DNA of 64,000 nt. Origin: an uncultured virus (IMG/VR IMGVR_UViG_3300032053_000012). Lineage: Duplodnaviria > Heunggongvirae > Uroviricota > Caudoviricetes. The translations under genes were made by a program, and so were the position numbers. The notes under the pieces are model-generated. The model worked only from the letters and a program-made list of their open reading frames with translations. It had not been told where the DNA came from and made no database searches. The DNA is taken from IMG/VR virus record IMGVR_UViG_3300032053_000012. One strand, written 5' to 3'. Shown one piece after another: positions 1 through 9,923 of the stretch; position 1 is the stretch's first letter; the number at the start of each line of letters is the position of its first letter.

Positions 1-625
1 ATGCTGGCGCGGGCTTCGCTGCGACCTCCTCGAGCGCGTCGCTTGCGCGACGCTGCGCGCGAGACGCTACCGCGCGGTAGTCATCGCGCGCACACGATCT
101 GGATCGTCGTCACTGCGATCACCGCGAGCAACACGAGGACGAACGCGAGGAACACGTCCTCCTCGCGGTGGTTCATCGAACCACGCGCACCACGCGAGCT
201 CGCAGCACGCGCGTTCGCTCGCGCGGCTGCGGCGGCAGGTCGCCGCTCATCGTCAGCGACTTCGCGTGCTCCTCCGCCCACTTCTCGTCGGGCTTGCCTG
301 CCCACCGAAAGAAGAACGCGCCTCGCTGTGTCTTGCGCCACCCGCGCGCGCCGTTCGCGTAGAACGCGCCGCACTTCACGACGTACGCGACGATCGTCCT
401 CACCTCGACGCTCCGTGCAGCGACACTTCGTCTGCCACGCGCTCGCTCCTGCACTCCTTGACCGTGAACGCCACGGCCAGCAGCACGAGGACGACGATCG
501 CGTACGCGACGTCGACTTCGACGCTCGTCCTCATCGGTCTACGCCGCGACCCTCGACGGGTCGTTCGAGGGACACGTCGAGCACGCCTCGCCCTACGAAC
601 CCCATCGCGATGCCAACGAGGAGCG

Positions 626-1141
626 TCATTCGCCTTCTCCGTCGTCGATCTCGAATCCGATCTCGTTGGTAACCAGCCAATCAATAGCTGCGTCGCGAGC
701 AGCGATGAGCGCACGCTTCTCACTTGTGTAACCAGGATCAGCCGCGAGCGATTGAGTGAAATGCCCCGTGTTGCTGTCGATGGACGCAAGCGCCCACCAC
801 TTCCTCCCCTCTCGAACGGTTCCGAAGTAGACGCCGTCCTTGCCGTCGCCGAGGTATTCCGCTTCATCCCAGTCAAGGATCGGCGGTGTCGGTCTCGGCT
901 TCGTAGGACGCGTGATGTCTTCCGTCTTCAAGCTGGCTCGACCGTTTCGCTGAACTTGCTCAATGGCAGCGATCGCGTCGGGATGGCTGACGACGCCCCG
1001 AGCATCGGCCAGAGCCCACTCGCGAACTCTGGGAGGAATACTTGTGCCGTGCAGAACTCGTTCTCCTTTTTTACGAGCCGAGACGAGCGTCCACCCGAGG
1101 ATCCCCTTATTGAAGTTGACGGTCCATTGCTCGTTTATCAC
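626..1141 (-). CDS. hypothetical phage protein
   Basis: C-terminal part of the 626..1687 ORF reads as protein; GTG start overlaps the upstream TGA (GTGA coupling). Confidence 0.6.
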   Translation of the reverse strand: MINEQWTVNFNKGILGWTLVSARKKGERVLHGTSIPPRVREWALADARGVVSHPDAIAAIEQVQRNGRASLKTEDITRPTKPRPTPPILDWDEAEYLGDGKDGVYFGTVREGRKWWALASIDSNTGHFTQSLAADPGYTSEKRALIAARDAAIDWLVTNEIGFEIDDGEGE

Positions 1142-1689
1142 GCGACGAATCCTTCCGGAGCCTTGCCCCCCACCAGTTCCACGTGCTCGTGCGACAGACC
1201 TAGTTTCGCCTGCACCTGCTTGCGCACCGCGCGCGTCCTCGCCGCGATCCGCAGGTCCTCCTCGGGTCCGAGCTCGGCGCGGATCGACTCGATCATCTCC
1301 GCGATCCTGAGGTCGCCCAGTTCGCCGCCCTCGAGCGTCGCCGCCTCCTGCATGAACCGACCCGCCGCGATCGAGTGCTTCTGCATGCAGTCGACGCACG
1401 GGTCGTTCACCATGTGGTCCTCGAGCAGCAGCATCTCGCCCACCGCCTTGAGTCGGCTCGCTTCTGCCTTGTGCAGGTCGTAGGGCGACCGGCCGACGCC
1501 GGCCGCGGCACCGGGTCGGTCGCACCACCCCCTCGGCCGGCTCGGCCGGCTCGGCCGGCTCGGTCGCTCGCCGCTCGACCGGACTCGCGCGCTCCCAGAC
1601 GCTGAGACGTTTGACCTCGGGCTGCGGCTCGGCAGCACCCACGCGAGCGCGGCCAGCGCGCCGAAGACCACGAACGGACAGGGGCACAT
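1138..1689 (-). CDS. hypothetical protein with N-terminal hydrophobic segment and CxxC
   Basis: MCPCPFVVFGALAALAWVLP..., later DPCVDC; coupled to neighbours. Confidence 0.6.
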   Translation of the reverse strand: MCPCPFVVFGALAALAWVLPSRSPRSNVSASGSARVRSSGERPSRPSRPSRPRGWCDRPGAAAGVGRSPYDLHKAEASRLKAVGEMLLLEDHMVNDPCVDCMQKHSIAAGRFMQEAATLEGGELGDLRIAEMIESIRAELGPEEDLRIAARTRAVRKQVQAKLGLSHEHVELVGGKAPEGFVA

Positions 1690-2891
1690 CACGCCGCCTC
1701 CTTCCTGAAGAACGCGACGACGTGTCGGATCACCTGCTCGGGCGTCCCCGTCTTCGCCCGCATTCGCATCCCGTGGCTGCTCGTCGCCTCGGCACGCACC
1801 CTCGCCGCGGGGATCTCCCCGATCGGCCTCGACCCGTACGGCCCCAGCGCCTCTACCGCGCGCTGCGACCACTCGGGCGCGTGGATGCTCACGATCGCGC
1901 TCCTGCGCGCGTTCATCGCGTCCAGCTGGCTCGACCCGCGCGGCACCATCGCGAGGTAGATCGTCACGTCGTCCATCAGTCCGTGCAGGAGCGTCGTCTC
2001 TGACCCAGGCACGACGCGGAACTCGTACGGCTCGAGCCACGCGAGTTCGTGGCGCAGCACGCCCGCGATCTGGTTCGACGTCATCGCGCCTGGCGTACCG
2101 GCCGTGTTCGGCGCGAACCGCTCGACCGCGCGGCCGAGGAACCCTCGCTGCCTCGTCGCCTCCTCGAGACACGACGCGTGTGCCGCGTCGCTCCCGACGA
2201 TCGGCGCACGCCCTTGGAAGCAGCGCAGGTACTTGGACGACTGTCCTCGCCCGATCGTCGCCGGCGGTAGTCCCTCGAGCATGCGCCGCTCCTCGACGTC
2301 GGCCCGCGCCGCGGCCTCGTGCCGCGACATGCGGGGGCGTGGCGTCCTCCACCCTGGCAACGGGTCGACGGCTCGGTTCCCTCGTCGCCCGATCCGCAGT
2401 GGGTCGTCCCCCTCCGCACGCTCTGCCACGCCTCGGTAGTGCATCGTGGTCCTAAGCTCGTGCGCCGCCATCCACACTGGCTCGCCCGCGTTGAACGCGC
2501 GATGCATCCTAGCGATCACCGACTTCGGCAGGGACGGCCTGTCGACGCGGGCCGCGCTGATCACGCTGTGCATCCAGTGGTGCATCGGCATCGTGTCCTT
2601 CGTCCCCGCGTCGCTCGTGTCAATGCCTGCTGCGTTCTCGCCGCCGCTGCGGATCCTCTCGACCTCCGCGAGGACGGCCTGTGCGGCCTCGCCGGTCATT
2701 ATCTTCGCCATCCGGTAGGCACGGGAGACGGAGTAGACCTTTGTCCCGTCGATGATGTACCCAGACGGCGCGTTGTCGAGCGCGCGCATCCCGGCGAACG
2801 AGAACCGTCGCTTCGGGTCTGGGACGTACCCCATGTCGACGACCTTGCCGTCGTAGAACGAGAGCACGGTGGCGGGAGGATTCTTCTTCAT
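1689..2891 (-). CDS. hypothetical protein (about 400 aa)
   Basis: MKKNPPATVLSFYDG... part of the 1689..3587 ORF; start overlaps the amidase stop. Confidence 0.6.
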   Translation of the reverse strand: MKKNPPATVLSFYDGKVVDMGYVPDPKRRFSFAGMRALDNAPSGYIIDGTKVYSVSRAYRMAKIMTGEAAQAVLAEVERIRSGGENAAGIDTSDAGTKDTMPMHHWMHSVISAARVDRPSLPKSVIARMHRAFNAGEPVWMAAHELRTTMHYRGVAERAEGDDPLRIGRRGNRAVDPLPGWRTPRPRMSRHEAAARADVEERRMLEGLPPATIGRGQSSKYLRCFQGRAPIVGSDAAHASCLEEATRQRGFLGRAVERFAPNTAGTPGAMTSNQIAGVLRHELAWLEPYEFRVVPGSETTLLHGLMDDVTIYLAMVPRGSSQLDAMNARRSAIVSIHAPEWSQRAVEALGPYGSRPIGEIPAARVRAEATSSHGMRMRAKTGTPEQVIRHVVAFFRKEAA

Positions 2892-3511
2892 CACGCGATC
2901 ATCCTCTCTGGCGCCTTGCCGCCCGCACTCCGCATGAACACGTCGATCGGGAAGTTCTTGCCAGGGTCCGTGTGCCCCATGCCGCCCGAGTACGCCTTCG
3001 TCACCTCCGCGTGCGTCGTCACCCCGCGCTCCCCGCGCCGCAGCGCCGCCGCGTCCAGGAACCGCATCGGGATCCCGTAGAATCTCCCCCACACCGCGGC
3101 GACCGCCGCAGCTCGCTGGATCGTCCTGCGCCGCTCGAGCCACTGCTCCCGCGTCCACGACGCGTGCCCCGCCATCTCGACGTGCAGTCCGTCCTCGTTC
3201 GTCCCCCTGGCCCCCCACGGCACCACGTCGTCTGGCAGCGTCCGAAAACACTGCTCGTCGTCCACCACGACGTGCGTGCTCCCCTCGCTCGCCTCGTTCT
3301 GGAACCAATAAGCGGCCCCGGAGGCGGTGTTCCCCTCCGTCGAGTGGATCACCACGACTCGCACGTCGCTCATGTCTCGCTTTCCGCCGTGGTGCAGTGC
3401 CCAGAGCTCGACGCACGCGGGCGGCGCCTCGACGAAGACGTCCCGACCACCGCCGGCGAACACTGCGAGGCCGATCACCGCGAGGCTCACGAGGACGATC
3501 GGGACGATCAC
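2891..3511 (-). CDS. N-acetylmuramoyl-L-alanine amidase (Amidase_2-like) with N-terminal membrane anchor
   Basis: VVIHSTEG, STHVVVD, LHVEMAG, TTHAEV and HTDPG zinc-amidase motifs; GGAGG RBS before GTG; hydrophobic N-terminus. Confidence 0.85.
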   Translation of the reverse strand: MIVPIVLVSLAVIGLAVFAGGGRDVFVEAPPACVELWALHHGGKRDMSDVRVVVIHSTEGNTASGAAYWFQNEASEGSTHVVVDDEQCFRTLPDDVVPWGARGTNEDGLHVEMAGHASWTREQWLERRRTIQRAAAVAAVWGRFYGIPMRFLDAAALRRGERGVTTHAEVTKAYSGGMGHTDPGKNFPIDVFMRSAGGKAPERMIA

Positions 3512-3876
3512 CGCGGACCTCCTTCGAGGTAGAACGGCGCGGGTCCAGGCGGTACCCCGAGCCCGAGGTCGTCCACCATCGCGGCAATGCTCTTGTACGG
3601 CCCGTAGACGTTCACGAGGTATGCCTCGTCGACGCTCCGCGCGTACCACCCGGGACGCAGGTGGATCCCGATCCGTCGCCCGTGCTTGCCGGCCTCCGCG
3701 GGCGACAGCCGCACGCCCTCGACCCGCGGCGCGACCCTGCGCGCGACCGCCTCCTCGGCCGAGACGTCGTGCGCCCATATCCCCACAGGCTTCCCGTCGT
3801 ACAGCTCGCCCATGAAGTACGACTCGTCGTCGGTCGACGTGCCGTGGGGCAGAGGCGGTGTCTTGGTCTTCCTCAC
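3508..3876 (-). CDS. hypothetical protein
   Basis: protein-like ORF with start/stop overlaps on both sides. Confidence 0.55.
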   Translation of the reverse strand: MRKTKTPPLPHGTSTDDESYFMGELYDGKPVGIWAHDVSAEEAVARRVAPRVEGVRLSPAEAGKHGRRIGIHLRPGWYARSVDEAYLVNVYGPYKSIAAMVDDLGLGVPPGPAPFYLEGGPR

Positions 3877-4376
3877 GGCGCCTCCGACTCGGTCCCCGGT
3901 CGGGCGCCCCACGGCATGTTCGGCAGCGACCTCAGGTACTTCTCAAAACTCGGGTTGCACAGGACCGTCCCGGGACCTGTCACGGCCTCGCGCGCGGCCC
4001 TCACCGCCTCGGTCGCCCTCGATCCCGACCACGACGTCAGCCGCCGCAGCGTCAGCGCAGCGACGATCGCGCTCCGGTTCCGACCCTGCATGCACGTCAC
4101 GAGCGCGCGCCTTCCTCGGTAGATCGCGACCGCGATCCTCGCCGCCGTCTCCTCCGCGAGCGCGACCTCGGCCCGCGAGATCCCGCGCTTGACCGAGTCG
4201 TCCAGCGGGCACGCGACCACCGTGACCCCCTCGTAGCGCTCGAGGTACCTGCCGCCGCCGTACTCCTCGGGCAGTGCGCAGAGCACGAGCACGTGGAAGC
4301 CGTGGTCGTGCGCCGCCATCCCGGCGGCCGGCACGGACCCGACGTGGAGCCTCGGCGCGATGCGGGTGGTGTCCAT
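3873..4376 (-). CDS. dual-specificity/tyrosine protein phosphatase-like
   Basis: CX5R loop LVTCMQGRNRS, upstream PLDD acid loop, N-terminal IAPRLHVGS and C-terminal NPSF. Confidence 0.85.
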   Translation of the reverse strand: MDTTRIAPRLHVGSVPAAGMAAHDHGFHVLVLCALPEEYGGGRYLERYEGVTVVACPLDDSVKRGISRAEVALAEETAARIAVAIYRGRRALVTCMQGRNRSAIVAALTLRRLTSWSGSRATEAVRAAREAVTGPGTVLCNPSFEKYLRSLPNMPWGARPGTESEAP

Positions 4377-4380
4377 CGCG

Positions 4381-5118
4381 CTACTGTCCTCTCGATAGGT
4401 TCGCGTTCGCCGCCCTGCAGCGGACGAGCAGCCAGTCACGCTCCTCGACGCCTCGCTGCGCCATCTGTCGGCCGAGATCGGTGAGCCTGACGCCGTGTTC
4501 GTGGACGCCGGGCTCTGGCGGGATCGACTCGGCATAACCCAGTCTCTGCAGGTACAACCACGTGATCTGGTCGAAGCGTCCGAGGTCGGTGAGACTGAGT
4601 CTCGAACCACGACGGGTCGAGAAGAATCCATCGCCTCCCTTCGAGTGGAGGAGTTCGAGCGCCTGCGACGGCTTGCCTTCTTTCACCTGCGCACCGACGG
4701 TGAACGCTCGGGCTCGACCATAATCGGTCAGGACGACCTCGTCGGGACCGCCCGCCACGCCGAAGACCCGACGCGTCGTCCAGAGCAACGGATCCGTGTT
4801 AGGATGATCACCTCCGGCCGCGTTGATCGTCGTCGTCGACGTCCTCGCGAGCGCGAGGTCGACCAGCTCGGCCACGTCGACGCCGTACCAGCCCTTCAGG
4901 TCGCGCTCGACCTCGGCGCGCGGCGCGGACCCGTAGCCCATCCACGACAGACGGAAGTACGTCAGGTGTCCGCGCTTCGACAAGCCGAAGTGGAACGGCG
5001 CGCGCTCGCCCGGCTTCGCGAGCTTTTGCATGTGGTCGTTCATCCACGCGACCATCTGCGGGGAGACGGGGACCGGCTCCCTCGGGACCCTCCAGCCGCG
5101 CGGCACATTGCGGGGCAT
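4381..5118 (-). CDS. hypothetical protein
   Basis: 245-aa ORF, tightly packed. Confidence 0.6.
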   Translation of the reverse strand: MPRNVPRGWRVPREPVPVSPQMVAWMNDHMQKLAKPGERAPFHFGLSKRGHLTYFRLSWMGYGSAPRAEVERDLKGWYGVDVAELVDLALARTSTTTINAAGGDHPNTDPLLWTTRRVFGVAGGPDEVVLTDYGRARAFTVGAQVKEGKPSQALELLHSKGGDGFFSTRRGSRLSLTDLGRFDQITWLYLQRLGYAESIPPEPGVHEHGVRLTDLGRQMAQRGVEERDWLLVRCRAANANLSRGQ

Positions 5119-6144
5119 CTACGCGATCCTCCTTCCCGTGGCGTTGTCGAACCACACCGCGACGAGCGGACCGTACCCGGGCACCTTGTAGAGCGCCTTC
5201 GTCACGTCGTCGTTCGTCTGGTAGAACGACCGCGGGTCGGACGCGACGAGCTCGCCCGTCGTCGTCTTCTTGAGCAGACTTCCAGGCTGCCAGAGCGTGC
5301 TCCCGCCGCGCATCGCCGCCGCTGTCTTGTCGCCCTTGTAGAGCGCGATCGTCTTCTTCGTGACTCCCGTGACGGCCGTGAACCCGCCGTGCTGGTCGAG
5401 GACGTCTATGCGCTGGTTTGGCCTCCCGCCGATCAGCACGTCGAGCGTGCTCCACGCCTCGCGCCTCTGCCGGTAGGTCGCGGCGATCATCTCGTCGCGC
5501 GCGCGCTTGTGCTGCTCCGCGATCTGGTTGTGCCTGGCGCCGATCGCGAACGCTCGGTCCGTGTCTGCGCGGTCGACGCTCACGAGGGGAGGCAGGGACT
5601 GCCCCGTGCGGCCCGGGGGTGGCCAGAACGCGGTGTGGAACAGCGTCGCGGCCTCGCCGTGCGCCGTCTCGGCCGCCTTGTGCGCCTCGGGGTCGCTGTT
5701 CGTCGGGGCGTTGGCGACCCGGCTCAGGTGCTCCGCCCTCGCGGCGGCGGCCTCCGCGCGCGCCCACGACTTTTCTGGCGTCCACCCTTCGCTCGTCGCG
5801 CCCGCGTAGTTCTTCCACGGGCCGGGTCGCGTGGCGTAACTCTGCACCGACGGATGCTCGCGGGGGACGTTCGACGGGTCGTGGGGTCGCGAGAGGATCC
5901 TCCGCGCTGCCTGCCTCGGCGACAGCCCTTCTTGGTAGAGCGCGCCCAGGATCTCGTACCGACGCGGTCCGTAGTCGGACACGTCGTGCGGCGCCGCGTG
6001 GCGATGGCGCGCCACCGACGGGTCCGCGCGGTGCTGGATCTCCATGAGGTTCTGGTAGAACGCTCCCACCCAGCGCATGAACATGCCGGGCAGCATCCCC
6101 GTGTCCTCGCGGCGCGTCGGCGCGGCTCTCGTCTTGGTCGTCAT
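5119..6144 (-). CDS. hypothetical protein
   Basis: 341-aa ORF with purine-rich RBS. Confidence 0.65.
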   Translation of the reverse strand: MTTKTRAAPTRREDTGMLPGMFMRWVGAFYQNLMEIQHRADPSVARHRHAAPHDVSDYGPRRYEILGALYQEGLSPRQAARRILSRPHDPSNVPREHPSVQSYATRPGPWKNYAGATSEGWTPEKSWARAEAAAARAEHLSRVANAPTNSDPEAHKAAETAHGEAATLFHTAFWPPPGRTGQSLPPLVSVDRADTDRAFAIGARHNQIAEQHKRARDEMIAATYRQRREAWSTLDVLIGGRPNQRIDVLDQHGGFTAVTGVTKKTIALYKGDKTAAAMRGGSTLWQPGSLLKKTTTGELVASDPRSFYQTNDDVTKALYKVPGYGPLVAVWFDNATGRRIA

Positions 6145-6180
6145 GGGGTCCCTTTCTGCTCTCCTGTCGACTCGCCGATC

Positions 6181-6927
6181 CTATCCGCTCGGCAGCCGCG
6201 GCGCGAGGGTCCGGTCCCCCGTCGCCGTCGCCATCCGGTAGATCGCCGCCCGGTACGTCAACTGGTTCGCCACCCCGCGCAGGTGCTCCACGAGGTCCCC
6301 CACCGTGATGTACCCCTTCTTCTCCCGGTCGAACCCGCTGTTCCTCGAGTACGCCTTCCCGTCCACGCCCTCCCGGTAGAGCACCGCCCCGAGGTCCGCG
6401 CTCATCCTCGCCGGCGCGAAGTTCGCCGCGTACACCACCCCCGCGTGCCCGTACGCCTTCCCCGCCCTCGTCCACCCGATCGCGTTGAACAGCCGCTCGA
6501 CCAGCGGGATCTGCCGCGACACCGACCACGTCGGGATCGTCGCGCGCTGCTCCTCGGTCAGCCCCAGCGCGTCGTTCGCAGCCCTGGTGATCTGGTTCAG
6601 CCCGGCCGCGTACGGATAGCCGCTCTTGTCCGTCGTGGCCTTGCCGTCCTCGTCCACCCGGTAGGCCGCCCACGGCCTCAGTCCGCTCTCGCTCGCGAGC
6701 ACCAGCAGCAGGTCGGCCGGGTTCATGCGCAGTCGCTTGGCGACCGCGTAGAGCTGCGCGAAGTCCGCGTCTGTCCAGTCCGGCGTGGACGCCCGCGGAT
6801 CCGGGCCGCTGGGCGACGGCGTCCCTCCCCCGCCGTTCTTCGGCAGTTCGGCGCCGCTCGCGGACCGCACGAGCATGACCACCGTCACGCCGAAGAGTCC
6901 CACGACCATCGCGCCGATCCAGCCCAT
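6181..6927 (-). CDS. membrane-anchored lytic transglycosylase (SLT/lysozyme-like)
   Basis: N-terminal TM helix; catalytic-like ASESG, AGLNQI, YAANFAP and C-terminal N.GFD..K.GYITVGDL. Confidence 0.75.
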   Translation of the reverse strand: MGWIGAMVVGLFGVTVVMLVRSASGAELPKNGGGGTPSPSGPDPRASTPDWTDADFAQLYAVAKRLRMNPADLLLVLASESGLRPWAAYRVDEDGKATTDKSGYPYAAGLNQITRAANDALGLTEEQRATIPTWSVSRQIPLVERLFNAIGWTRAGKAYGHAGVVYAANFAPARMSADLGAVLYREGVDGKAYSRNSGFDREKKGYITVGDLVEHLRGVANQLTYRAAIYRMATATGDRTLAPRLPSG

Positions 6928-6962
6928 GACCTACTCCTCTCGTCTCGCGTCTCTCACGTCTT

Positions 6963-7365
6963 TCAGTGGTTGCAGATCGAGGGACTGCGGTGGGCGAGCG
7001 CCCAGCCGATCCAGAAGTCGAGCCAGATCAGCCGCGCGAGGACGTCGTCCTGTCCGTGGCCGAAGCCGGGATACGCGTGCGGGTGCGCCCTCTCCCACTC
7101 GCTCCTCGCTCGCCCGACCTCGGCGTGGTGCCTGCGGGTGAGCCGGTAGCAGCCGGGGTGCGACCGCATGAGGCCGACCCTCGGGTCGAAGAAGAGCGAA
7201 CGCAGGCCGGCTTCGTTCACGAAGTCTCCCCAGTCGGAGTACGACGGGTGCCGCGCGTTGCTCTGCCCCGTCATCTCGTCGCCGTCGAAGCGCGGCGCGT
7301 CGCTCGCCTCCGCGGGGCAGGGAGGTCGCGCTCGTCGCCTGCCCGATGAATATGTCCCAGCCCAT
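6963..7365 (-). pseudogene. phage hypothetical gene split by an apparent +1 frameshift near 7310-7325
   Basis: RBS plus MGWDIFIGQA in one frame continues as EASDAPRFDGDEMTGQSNARHPSYSDW...LARLIWLDFWIGWAL in the next frame. Confidence 0.5.
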
Positions 7366-7401
7366 GACTTCTCCTTCCTCCTCGATCTCACTCGATCCCA
7401 C

Positions 7402-7716
7402 TCAGCGGCGACGCGCGCGAGCGGCCGACCCGGCGTGGCCGCCCGCCATGTAGTCCGCGACGTGCGTCGCGAACCACAGCATGTCGTACATTTCCTTCGA
7501 CGACTTGCGCGTCATCCCGAACGGCTGGCTCTCGCCGGTCGTCCTGTCGTTGAGCTCGACGATCACCCACCCGCCGTAGGAGGCGGCGTGGTCGAGCGCG
7601 AGGCCCGGATCGTTGCGCCTCGTCGCGGGGTCGAACCCGCTACTCATCTTGAACCCGTGTGCGCTGCAGAAGTGCTCGAACGCGCTCTTGACATGGCTAG
7701 TCGTGATTCGCTCCAT
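7402..7716 (-). CDS. hypothetical protein
   Basis: 104-aa ORF, AAGGA RBS. Confidence 0.6.
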   Translation of the reverse strand: MERITTSHVKSAFEHFCSAHGFKMSSGFDPATRRNDPGLALDHAASYGGWVIVELNDRTTGESQPFGMTRKSSKEMYDMLWFATHVADYMAGGHAGSAARARRR

Positions 7717-7749
7717 GATGTCGATCGTCCTTTCGTAGCGTTCTCGCTG

Positions 7750-8424
7750 CTAGCCCTTCGTCCGTCGCAGCCTGCAGTACGTGCCGCCCGTCTTGTTGCA
7801 CACGCCGTGGTAGCGCACGCCGTTCGTCCCGACCACCCGCACGCTCTGCGTGGTCCCGCCCATGCGCCTCGTCGGCGTCCCGCGCGAGACGATCCTCCCG
7901 ATCACGTCGCCCATCCACGTGTGGATCTCCGTCATCGCGTCGTTGTAGTACGCGAGGTACTTGTCCGGCGGGTCGTGCACCCACGCGTAGAGCTCGGCTG
8001 CCCCTCGCTCTTCGTTGCTCGGCGCGCGCGCCCCCGCCATGCGCTCGATCTCGTCCACGTCGGTCGGCGAGTACCCGCCCCCGCGCTTGTACCGCCTCGG
8101 GTCGAAGCGCTCGCGCGCCACCTCGTACGCGCGCTCGCGCGCCATGATGGAGTCGTAGGTCTGCTGGTCGATCACGTTCGCCTCCTCTGAGTGACCGCGA
8201 GCCTCGTTCCTGTCGGGAGGGTAGAGTCCGAACGAAGGGAAACGATCGCGGACGTCTCGCATGTCAGTCGCTTCGAGTCCGTCGTACCTGAGCATCTTCG
8301 CATTGCTCTTGGTCGGGAACGGACCCGAGCGCTGCACATATCGAAGCCACGCGTTCGCGTACGCACGCTTCCTATGGTTTTCGAGCGCGTTCACGTAGGT
8401 CCATGCGGCTTCGTAGTTCGGCAT
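7750..8424 (-). CDS. hypothetical protein
   Basis: 224-aa ORF. Confidence 0.6.
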   Translation of the reverse strand: MPNYEAAWTYVNALENHRKRAYANAWLRYVQRSGPFPTKSNAKMLRYDGLEATDMRDVRDRFPSFGLYPPDRNEARGHSEEANVIDQQTYDSIMARERAYEVARERFDPRRYKRGGGYSPTDVDEIERMAGARAPSNEERGAAELYAWVHDPPDKYLAYYNDAMTEIHTWMGDVIGRIVSRGTPTRRMGGTTQSVRVVGTNGVRYHGVCNKTGGTYCRLRRTKG

Positions 8425-8434
8425 TCGTCCCTCT

Positions 8435-8740
8435 CTAACCGTAGTAGAACGTCATGCACGCCTTCGTCGCCGACTCCCACACGTGTCTCCACTCGGGACC
8501 CTCGCCGAGCGCTGCGGCGACGTACCCGGCGAGGACATGGGCCGCCTTGAGGGTGCGGACGATGTCCCTCCCCACGGGCGTCGCGAGCCGCAGGTCCAAG
8601 ACCCTCGTTTCGTCGAGCCTCCACCCGGGGTCGAGGATCGACGTCGCGACGAATAGGAACTCTGCTCGGAACGCGTCTCGAGCCGCGACCCACTTGGGGT
8701 CGGCGAGCATTCCCCCGAGCGTGCTGGTCTTCTTCGCCAT
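8435..8740 (-). CDS. hypothetical protein
   Basis: 101-aa ORF. Confidence 0.55.
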   Translation of the reverse strand: MAKKTSTLGGMLADPKWVAARDAFRAEFLFVATSILDPGWRLDETRVLDLRLATPVGRDIVRTLKAAHVLAGYVAAALGEGPEWRHVWESATKACMTFYYG

Positions 8741-8746
8741 GACGTC

Positions 8747-9340
8747 CTACTTGGCCGCGGCCTGCCGCATGCCGAACCAGTAGATCGCGCCCGACGCCGC
8801 GACCCCGATCAACGCCCCGCTCGCCCCGAGCAGCAGGTACCCGATCAGCGGCGGTCCCGCGATCATCCCCACCGACCTCGCCGTCTCGGCGAGCTTGTCC
8901 TTCGTCGTCGCCGCCGCCCTCGCCCTCGCGTCCGCGGCGACCTTGTCTGCCGCCGCCTTGTCCGCGGCGGTCTTGTCCGCGGCGGCCTTCGCCGCCCTCG
9001 CGGTCGCGAGCGGCGTCGGCGACGGCGCGTTCTCGACGCACTGCTGCGCGCGCACCGCGTTCGCAGCTCCGGCCTGTCCCTGCCCCTCGAGGTACAGCGC
9101 CGTCGCGTCCACCTCTGCTTGGTCGCCCGATTTGCACGCGTTCATCGCGCGCGTACGCATCGGCTCGGGCAGCGCCGCGATGAAGTCCCACGACTTCGGA
9201 GTGGGGGTCTCTGCGTGGAGCGTCGTCGGTTCTACACCCACCCGAACCAGGCGTGCTCGCGGTCGAGGCGTCCCCAAATCGCGCGCGCGCGCTCCGTCGC
9301 TGAACGTCCTCGGAGCCCTGGTGTGGATCATGGTGTTCAT
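8747..9340 (-). CDS. putative virion membrane protein
   Basis: Ala/Lys helical repeats (AADK) and a C-terminal hydrophobic hairpin. Confidence 0.6.
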   Translation of the reverse strand: MNTMIHTRAPRTFSDGARARDLGTPRPRARLVRVGVEPTTLHAETPTPKSWDFIAALPEPMRTRAMNACKSGDQAEVDATALYLEGQGQAGAANAVRAQQCVENAPSPTPLATARAAKAAADKTAADKAAADKVAADARARAAATTKDKLAETARSVGMIAGPPLIGYLLLGASGALIGVAASGAIYWFGMRQAAAK

Positions 9341-9392
9341 CGTCGTGCTCCTTCGTATCTTCCGGTAGGGGTGTTGAGGGTCGTCGCGAGAG

Positions 9393-9923
9393 TCAGTGAA
9401 ACGGTCCTGGCTTGCGGATCGCGTTCGCCCGCTTCTGCAGGTCGGCCTCCCACTGGCGCAGGAACTCCGTCAACTTGTCGAGATAGAACACGTCGCGCGC
9501 GTTCTCCGCGTACCTCGACCCCGGCCCGGAGGGGTCCGACGAGATCGTCTCCGTCGCGTCGACGAGCGCGCCACCGACCGCGTCGTGCGCCCTCAGGTAC
9601 CACGCGGGCGGACCGCTCGAGACAGCCTCCGACGTTCCCGACGGCATCGCCCTGCTCGACGGAGGAGGTGCCGCGCGCAGATACGTCGGCGGCGCTGCGG
9701 GCAGCGGCGCCGCGTAGTCGCGTGATCGACCCGCCTGCAGCGGGATCGACGTCGCCGTCGACGTCGGCGCGGGCGCAGCCGAACTGCTCGGCGCGGGCGG
9801 CGTCGACGTGCTCGAGAACCCGGGCATCATGGACGACGGCGGCGGCGTGTTCACGATCGTCGGGGGCGCACCCACCCGCGCGTCGTCCTCCCACCTCCGG
9901 TGGACGTGGCACCAGCGTTTCAT
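9393..9923 (-). CDS. hypothetical Pro/Ser/Thr-rich protein
   Basis: MKRWCHVHRRWEDDARVG...; ATGA-coupled to the upstream gene. Confidence 0.5.
   Translation of the reverse strand: MKRWCHVHRRWEDDARVGAPPTIVNTPPPSSMMPGFSSTSTPPAPSSSAAPAPTSTATSIPLQAGRSRDYAAPLPAAPPTYLRAAPPPSSRAMPSGTSEAVSSGPPAWYLRAHDAVGGALVDATETISSDPSGPGSRYAENARDVFYLDKLTEFLRQWEADLQKRANAIRKPGPFH

Noticed and set aside
2910..2926. 17-nt exact match (GGCGCCTTGCCGCCCGC) between spacer 8 (43416-43432) and the end of the amidase gene, suggesting self-targeting
   Set aside because: The flanks do not match and the core is 15/17 GC, so chance is plausible in this composition
4495..7149. Long plus-strand ORFs (for example 4495-7149, 26554-28872, 29379-31241, 54590-56554)
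   Set aside because: Antisense shadows of motif-bearing minus-strand genes; stop codons are rare at this GC content
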